From: Craspedostauros australis
Taxonomy: Eukaryota
Length of the DNA: 61,330 nt
Assembly: GCA_030167865.1 (NCBI GenBank)
Contig: JALAGF010002361.1
Coordinates: 62,001 to 123,330, forward strand
Direction: 5' to 3'
In this document: in pieces, positions 55,547 to 61,330 of the stretch
Layout of the letters: each line of letters begins with the position of its first letter
Position numbering within the stretch: the first letter of the stretch is position 1
Made by a program: the position numbers and the translations under genes
The notes under the pieces: model-generated
Told to the model about the DNA's origin: nothing
Seen by the model: the letters and a program-made list of their open reading frames with translations, nothing else
The model's database searches: none

Positions 55547-55705
55547 ACACCAACACCACACTAACACCACACTAACACCACACCGACACCACACCGACAC
55601 CACACCAACACCACACCAACACCACACCAACACCACACCAACACCACACCGACACCTCACCGACGCCACACCGACGCCACACCACGGCACACCGACACTT
55701 CACCA
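55542..55705 (+). repeat. 11-bp tandem array ACACCACAC(C/T)(A/G), 13 regular plus 2 degenerate units
   Basis: Units are phased every 11 nt from 55542 to 55684, followed by cggcacaccg and acacttcacca. Confidence 0.93.
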
Positions 55706-55762
55706 AGAGCCACTACCAACACCGGCACTTCAACCTCGCAGGACGTCACCGGCTCATCAACA

Positions 55763-58700
55763 GTGGGCAAGTACGCCCAATCCATCAAGATGCAGCAACA
55801 ACAGAAGCTCAAACGCAAGGGCACCATACGCGTGGTCTTCCAAAACGTGGCTCAGATTCCCCTCAAGAAATACCAAGAGAAGAACAGGGCCATCTTTGAG
55901 TTCATCCACCAAGAGGAGGTCGACGTTGTCGCAATGGCGGAGACGAACATCCGCTGGGACAATGTCTACGCCACCGAGCAATGGAAGGACAGACTTCCAA
56001 GCCCCTTGCGAAAGGAGAAGTCCATCTTCGCCCACAACATTCACGAGCAACACCTGGAGCCAAGACAATACGGAGGTGCGGCGGTCTCAGCTTTCAACGA
56101 GCTCTCGCATCGCGTTTGCGGCAGGGAAGCCGACCCCTCGGGCATGGGTAGATGGTCGTCGCTCGTCTTCGAAGGCAAGCAAGGGAAGCGGCTCCGAGTC
56201 GTGTCCGCCTACCGGCCATGCAAGTCGGAAACAGGGAGCTCGACCGTGTGGACTCAGCAAGTCCGAGCGCTGCAGGCCTCCGGCCGCGATATTGACCCCA
56301 TCTGCGCTTGGCAAGCGGATATTGCGACAGATATCCAGCGCTGGAAGGAGTCCGGCGAGACCATTGTGATAGGCGTGGACGTTAACGACGACACGATCGA
56401 CGGTCCGACAGCCCAAGCCATGTCCGACATGGGGCTGCCTAATGCCCTGTGGTCCTACATGGGCGAAGGTGCTCGCACGGCCACTCAACAGCGAAATCAG
56501 AACAACGTCCCGATCGATGCCATCTTCCTCTCAGCGGGAGCGCATATCGTCGACGGGGGCTATTACGGATTCGGAGAAGCTATTCCTTCCGATCACAAGG
56601 CGCTATGGGTAGACCTGGACTTTCACGAGGTGCTGGGTCGCGGCACGCAGCCGATCCCGACGAGACAACCAAGGCGACTTCAAGTCCAACATCCCAAAGT
56701 GGTGCAACGCTACAACGATTCCCTACTCGCAGAGTATGCCAAACATGGGATCATGCGGCGAGCTCAAGCTCTCATCGACATCGCAAAAAGCCAGGGATGG
56801 GAACTCAACGACACCCAAGAGACCAAGCTGAATCGCCTGATTTTACAGACCAACGAGATCAAGCGCAAAGCAGAGAGAGATTGTCGCAAACTCCGAATGG
56901 GCGCCATCGAATGGTCCCCGGAGGTGAATCACGCCAGGTTGAACATCAGATTCTGGACCATGGAAGTCAAAGCGCTGAACAAAGTAAAAGTGAGCTCGTC
57001 TCTACGGAAGCGGCTCAGACAACAGACCAACTTGACTCCGACGGAATCCCTGGAAGAGGCCGTTGCACACCGGTCAGCGGCGTACAAGAAATACTACGCA
57101 GTGAAGGCCAGACACAAGGAGCTCCGCCAGGAGTACCTCGTCGAACTGGCGCAGGCCAAACAGCAGCAAGGTCAGCTAGAAGCCGACAGTGCGTTGCGGC
57201 AATTGCAGAACAGGGAGGCACAGCGGTCAGAAGCCCGACGGCTTCGCAGGGTCCTCGGAGCGGAGAACTCCTTGACGACGAAGGTTCTCTTCACGGACCA
57301 GGCGGGGGAAACGCACGAATGCACCGAACCCTCGCAGATTGCGGAGGCGTGTATACGGGAAAACAGAAGACGGTTCTCCCAGGCAGCGGCAGCGCCCTGC
57401 CTCGTGAGACCGGGGCGGAGCTACCTGAACAAGATCTGGTCCACGGAAACGTCCAGCCAAGTTCTGCGAAGCGACTCTCCTCCCCCCGCGGGCATGGATG
57501 AGATGCTCATGGCGCTATTGGGCTCATTGCACCCCATCCCGGCACCGCAGGATTTCCTCTCCGTGAAAGATCATACAGAGGCTTGGACGAAGCAGACGGA
57601 GCGAGTGAGTTCCGAGCCGGCCAACCCCCACTTTGGTCATTACAAGGCTGCTGCCCAGTGTCCCGCCCTCGCCGCGGTCGACATGCAGCTGCGAGAAATC
57701 CCATACCAGTGTGCGTTGTCACCGACAGCATGGCGGCGTATCACGGACGTGCAGATCTTGAAAAAGGCCCAGGTCTACAACATCGAAAAAATGCGAACTA
57801 TCCAACTCATGGACGCCCAGTTCAACTTGAACAACAAACGTCTGGGCAGGGACATGATGGCCACCGCGGAGTCAAGTGGTTGGTTGTCGGAATACCAGTT
57901 TGGGAGCAGGAAGGGCATGTCAGCGATCGTAGCCGCACTCAACAAGCGGCTCTCGTTGGACATTGCCTACCAGAAGAAGGCCCCAGTCTTCTTCTGCTCC
58001 AACGACGCCAAGTCCTGCTATGACAGGATCGTGCCCAACTTCGCGGCTGCGGCTATGATGGCGGCGGGTGCCAACCCAAGTGCGGTCCGCAGCATGTTCG
58101 ACACCCTTCAGCGAGCTGAGCATTACGTCAGCACGGCGTACGGCGTCTCGAGCGAGAGTTACGCAAAGGATCATGAGTGTCTGATGCACGGCATTGGGCA
58201 AGGCAACGGAGCGGGCCCGGCCATATGGGCGGTTATTAGCTCAGTGATGTTCAGGGCCATGCAGCAACGAGGCCACGAGACAACTTTTCGAGCACCTCTG
58301 AGCCGTTCTCCAGTGCGAGTGCTGGGGTCGGCATTCGTCGACGACACGGATCTTGTTCATATCTCCAAGGACGGCGATGAAGCGCAAGCGAGCCTCCAGA
58401 GCTTTCGGCGTATGATCAACGACTGGAACGGGTTGCTCACGGCCACGGGAGGCGCAATCGTGCCAAGCAAGTCGGCTTGGTGGGCTGTCGAGTTCTCTTT
58501 CTCAGCAGGCCAATGGTGGGTTGAGGATTCACATGAGCAGCACCAAATCAACATTTCTGATGGGCAGAGTGGCAATGCTACTATCCCGCGCAAGTTGCAC
58601 ACAGATCCAGTGGAGACGTTGGGAGTGTCCATATCGCTTGATGGCAATAACAGCGCCCAAGTCTCAGCTCTTCGCAAGAAGTCTGAAGTGTTTGCGGAAA

Positions 58701-61231
58701 AGCTGAGAGTGGCACAGGTCACCCCGCGGGAAGCGAGGACGGCCCTGATTTTGCGATTCATGAAGTCTGTGGAATACGTAATGGCGGCCACGCAGCTCAC
58801 ACCGGACCAGTGGCGACACATCATGGCGCCGGCCCTTCAAGCGGCACTCCCCAAAATGAAGCTGATGCGAACATTCCCACGCACGGTTCTCTTTGCTCCG
58901 GTTTCGGCCGGAGGCATTGGCGTCCCGAACCCTTGGCGACGACAAGTGGTGCGGCAGGTCCAAGCGCTGTTTCAGGAAGTGCACGCATCTACCCCTACGG
59001 GGAGGATGATGGAGCACTCGATCGAGGCGCTGAAGGACGAGGTTGGCGTTGACGGCTCCTTGTTTGACCACCCTCACCATCTTTTACAGGATGCTCTTAC
59101 CCCATGCTGGATTTCAAACCTGTGGGGCCACATCCAGGAGATGGGTTTTCACATCCAGGAGCGAACGCTGGCCTTCCACCCCCAGCGCGAAGGCGACCGA
59201 ACGATCACCGAGCTAGCACTGGGTCTAGGGTATCACGGGCAGCGGTTCCGGCGCCTCAATGCGTGCCGGCTGCAACTCGGAGCGGTGTACATCTCAGACA
59301 TCGCCACAGCATGTGGTTCAACAATCACCTCGGCGGCTTGGTCGGGACACGAAGCGTCCACATCGCGTGAGTCCTGGCCGCGGCTTCCCGCTCGTCTGCC
59401 AGCTAGCTGGTGGGCAGAGTGGGGACAGTTCTGCAGGAGGTTGACCCGGTCAGACGGGTCCCTCTTGGAGTCCCTCGGGCCCTGGTATCTCGACGAACAC
59501 CGCTGGCGATGGTGGCATCACCCGCCCACTGACACGATCTTCGACGTCGGTGCAGCGTCCACGGTTTCCTACCGGCGGACGAGCGGCCAGCGGCGTACAC
59601 GACGAGTGAGGTACCACCCAGTGTCCACCTCTGTCTCTCCCCCGGAAGGGGCGGTGCGCATCTCGGTCACGCGCAACGATCGATACATCACCTGGGAAGG
59701 CACCAGTGGCGTGCAGATGTCCTACGCAGACATCCCATACCTTGAGCCGGAGCGCCATCCGTATATCCATAGCGTCGAAGGCGACCTTTCGCCACAAGAC
59801 GCCCATGGAGCAGCGACCGCGGGTGCCCTAGTGGCGGTGAGTGACGGCTCCTTCAAAGACGGGTGTGGCACATCGGCGTCGATCATCTACGACACACGGT
59901 CAAAAAAGTCGGTTTCAGTCTTAGCGACTGTGCCCGGCAGCCCGCCCATGCAGAGCTCCTACCGAAGTGAGCTCATGGGTATCCTGGCCTCACTCATCTA
60001 CGTCTTTCGCCTTGAGTACGACCACGATGTCGTCATTCCATCCATCACCCTTGCCCTCGACGGGCAGCAAGCGCTTAATCGGGCTCGGGACGGATCTCCC
60101 AGGCCCACGCAACGAGACTGGGACCTTCTCTCGGAGATAGAACACGCCAAAAGCCAAATCCAGTGTTCATTGAAGTGGAGATGGGTGAAAGGTCATCAAG
60201 ACGACTCCTCGGCCCCCCTCGACATGTGGGCAAGACTCAACGTGCGGGCAGATGCGGAAGCAAAGCGGCATTGGGAGTTGGCCTCGACGAGTCCTGCCAT
60301 CACTAAGTGGGTCATGTCGGCGCCAGTGTGGCGAGTCGGCTGGTCCGGCGCGCCCCGCTCACATGTGGACTCAGCGACTATGGAGTCAGTAGCTCAGCAG
60401 CCCGACATCGACGATTACTGGCGGGCCAAACACGGATGGAGCGAGAGTGACCACTCGGCGGTGGACTGGACGGCATACGCAAGGGCGCGCAGATCAACAG
60501 CGGCCCGAGACAGTATCAGATTCATCACCAAGGTGTCAACGGGGTTCATAGCGGTGGGGAGAAAAATGAAGCAGGCAGGGCTTCAGGCGGATTCCGTCTG
60601 CCCTGGATGCCAGCAGGAGGAAACGGTGGCACATCTTCTTACTTGTGGTGAGTATGAGGATACGTGGGATGAGTCGGTGACAGAGTTGTTGGACTACATG
60701 AATACGGTGGGCACAAACCCCCTAGTGGTGGGCGGAATGCGCCAAGGAATGCGGCGGTGGCGGCGGAAGGTCAAACCGGTGGGCCCTCAGAGGATAGTGG
60801 GGTGGTTCCCGCTCCTTCAAGGGTTTTTACACGTGGACTGGCGGCGGCAACAGGCGGCATGGATGAAGGACAACCCGTCCAAGCACAGAACGGCGGAGGC
60901 TTGGGCAGCTGATGTGATACGTCGCATTTGGAAAATTCCTTGGGCTGTGTGGACCGCTAGAAACAACAAGGTCCACGAGGCACCGGACTCGGTGGAAGCA
61001 CGCACGCGTGACTACGCGAGGCGGCTTCGCTCTTTTCATCCCCCTGGCCTCACTCTGCGAGAGACGCAAGTCCTCCAGCGAGGCGGGGTGGCCGAGACCG
61101 GTACTCAACAACAAGTACAGCAATGGATCGAACTGGCGCAACGGGTCCGGAAGGATGCGCGCGACAGGCAACGGCGGCAGTCCCTGCAACAGGAACGCTC
61201 GCTGATGGCCGCGTGGCTTTCCCAACCTTGA
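55763..61231 (+). CDS. LINE ORF2 polyprotein: AP-endonuclease, reverse transcriptase, RNase H, C-terminal CCHC-type zinc finger
   Basis: APE: VFQNV, AMAETN, VSAYRP, GVDVN, IDAI, SDHKALWVD. RT: KMRTIQL, YQFGSRKG, SNDAKSCYDRI, GIGQGNGAGPAIW, FVDD, TLGV, GGIGV. RNase H: VSDGSF, SYRSEL.GI, LDGQ.AL, WRWVKGHQD, LNVRADAEAK. CCHC: CPGC...ET..HLLTC, followed by W..W.ARN..VH. The track start is GTG; the first ATG is 55790. Confidence 0.95.
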   Translation: MGKYAQSIKMQQQQKLKRKGTIRVVFQNVAQIPLKKYQEKNRAIFEFIHQEEVDVVAMAETNIRWDNVYATEQWKDRLPSPLRKEKSIFAHNIHEQHLEPRQYGGAAVSAFNELSHRVCGREADPSGMGRWSSLVFEGKQGKRLRVVSAYRPCKSETGSSTVWTQQVRALQASGRDIDPICAWQADIATDIQRWKESGETIVIGVDVNDDTIDGPTAQAMSDMGLPNALWSYMGEGARTATQQRNQNNVPIDAIFLSAGAHIVDGGYYGFGEAIPSDHKALWVDLDFHEVLGRGTQPIPTRQPRRLQVQHPKVVQRYNDSLLAEYAKHGIMRRAQALIDIAKSQGWELNDTQETKLNRLILQTNEIKRKAERDCRKLRMGAIEWSPEVNHARLNIRFWTMEVKALNKVKVSSSLRKRLRQQTNLTPTESLEEAVAHRSAAYKKYYAVKARHKELRQEYLVELAQAKQQQGQLEADSALRQLQNREAQRSEARRLRRVLGAENSLTTKVLFTDQAGETHECTEPSQIAEACIRENRRRFSQAAAAPCLVRPGRSYLNKIWSTETSSQVLRSDSPPPAGMDEMLMALLGSLHPIPAPQDFLSVKDHTEAWTKQTERVSSEPANPHFGHYKAAAQCPALAAVDMQLREIPYQCALSPTAWRRITDVQILKKAQVYNIEKMRTIQLMDAQFNLNNKRLGRDMMATAESSGWLSEYQFGSRKGMSAIVAALNKRLSLDIAYQKKAPVFFCSNDAKSCYDRIVPNFAAAAMMAAGANPSAVRSMFDTLQRAEHYVSTAYGVSSESYAKDHECLMHGIGQGNGAGPAIWAVISSVMFRAMQQRGHETTFRAPLSRSPVRVLGSAFVDDTDLVHISKDGDEAQASLQSFRRMINDWNGLLTATGGAIVPSKSAWWAVEFSFSAGQWWVEDSHEQHQINISDGQSGNATIPRKLHTDPVETLGVSISLDGNNSAQVSALRKKSEVFAEKLRVAQVTPREARTALILRFMKSVEYVMAATQLTPDQWRHIMAPALQAALPKMKLMRTFPRTVLFAPVSAGGIGVPNPWRRQVVRQVQALFQEVHASTPTGRMMEHSIEALKDEVGVDGSLFDHPHHLLQDALTPCWISNLWGHIQEMGFHIQERTLAFHPQREGDRTITELALGLGYHGQRFRRLNACRLQLGAVYISDIATACGSTITSAAWSGHEASTSRESWPRLPARLPASWWAEWGQFCRRLTRSDGSLLESLGPWYLDEHRWRWWHHPPTDTIFDVGAASTVSYRRTSGQRRTRRVRYHPVSTSVSPPEGAVRISVTRNDRYITWEGTSGVQMSYADIPYLEPERHPYIHSVEGDLSPQDAHGAATAGALVAVSDGSFKDGCGTSASIIYDTRSKKSVSVLATVPGSPPMQSSYRSELMGILASLIYVFRLEYDHDVVIPSITLALDGQQALNRARDGSPRPTQRDWDLLSEIEHAKSQIQCSLKWRWVKGHQDDSSAPLDMWARLNVRADAEAKRHWELASTSPAITKWVMSAPVWRVGWSGAPRSHVDSATMESVAQQPDIDDYWRAKHGWSESDHSAVDWTAYARARRSTAARDSIRFITKVSTGFIAVGRKMKQAGLQADSVCPGCQQEETVAHLLTCGEYEDTWDESVTELLDYMNTVGTNPLVVGGMRQGMRRWRRKVKPVGPQRIVGWFPLLQGFLHVDWRRQQAAWMKDNPSKHRTAEAWAADVIRRIWKIPWAVWTARNNKVHEAPDSVEARTRDYARRLRSFHPPGLTLRETQVLQRGGVAETGTQQQVQQWIELAQRVRKDARDRQRRQSLQQERSLMAAWLSQP

Positions 61232-61330
61232 TCGCGATTTTCGACGGCTCGCTCGACGACGGGTCCTAGTGGGGCCCGTCTAGACGAGGGTAAAGCCCGT
61301 AGAGGCACGTAACGTAATCTCTGAGTTATT

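Larger units (their letters stand above)
52800..61330 (+). mobile_element. Apparently intact two-ORF non-LTR retrotransposon (LINE), probably of the diatom Ambal type; 5' boundary approximate, 3' end runs off the window
   Basis: ORF1 (757 aa) and ORF2 (~1820 aa: APE, RT, RNase H, CCHC) are both uninterrupted and intronless, with codon usage unlike the host genes. No LTRs or integrase seen. The poly(A) tail and TSD are not visible. Confidence 0.9.

Noticed and set aside
55542-55705. Array considered as CRISPR-like or a true telomere
   Set aside because: It has no unique spacers, lies inside an element rather than at a sequence end, and is not the TTAGGG-type repeat; kept only as a tandem repeat.
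56449-57501. 350-aa alternative-frame ORF within LINE ORF2
   Set aside because: No recognisable motifs; overlapping open frames are expected in GC-rich coding DNA.

Overview
This is a gene-dense eukaryotic window, most likely from a diatom-like stramenopile: it has GT-AG introns and bipartite plastid-targeting signals with ASAFAP-like motifs (ADAFAP, AQAFSP). Positions 1-52339 hold 18 host genes. Recognisable housekeeping genes are DPH2, Raptor, a probable mitochondrial ATP synthase subunit b, VPS35, RPL14, UTP25, a plastid ClpR and a bifunctional HisIE. The rest are a partial STAND/AAA-type ATPase, an ankyrin-repeat protein, a low-complexity orphan, two secreted orphans, a plastid beta-propeller glycoside-hydrolase-like protein, a TRIC-like ER channel, and three unusual architectures (J-domain+B-lectin, F-box/LRR+UBR-box, GT92-like+Tudor-like). 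I reconstructed the exon joins by hand and all keep frame. From about 52.8 kb to the window end lies an apparently intact two-ORF non-LTR retrotransposon (ORF2 = APE + RT + RNase H + CCHC; probably Ambal-type). Its ~600-nt inter-ORF spacer is the most intriguing region. It is C/A-rich, with an A16 run, a 41-bp duplication and an 11-bp tandem array. It also has a GTAAGA donor overlapping the ORF1 stop, CTAAC branch-point-like motifs and a long AG-free zone whose first AG would splice ORF1 in frame to ORF2. All family calls come from motif recognition by eye; no database searches were run.
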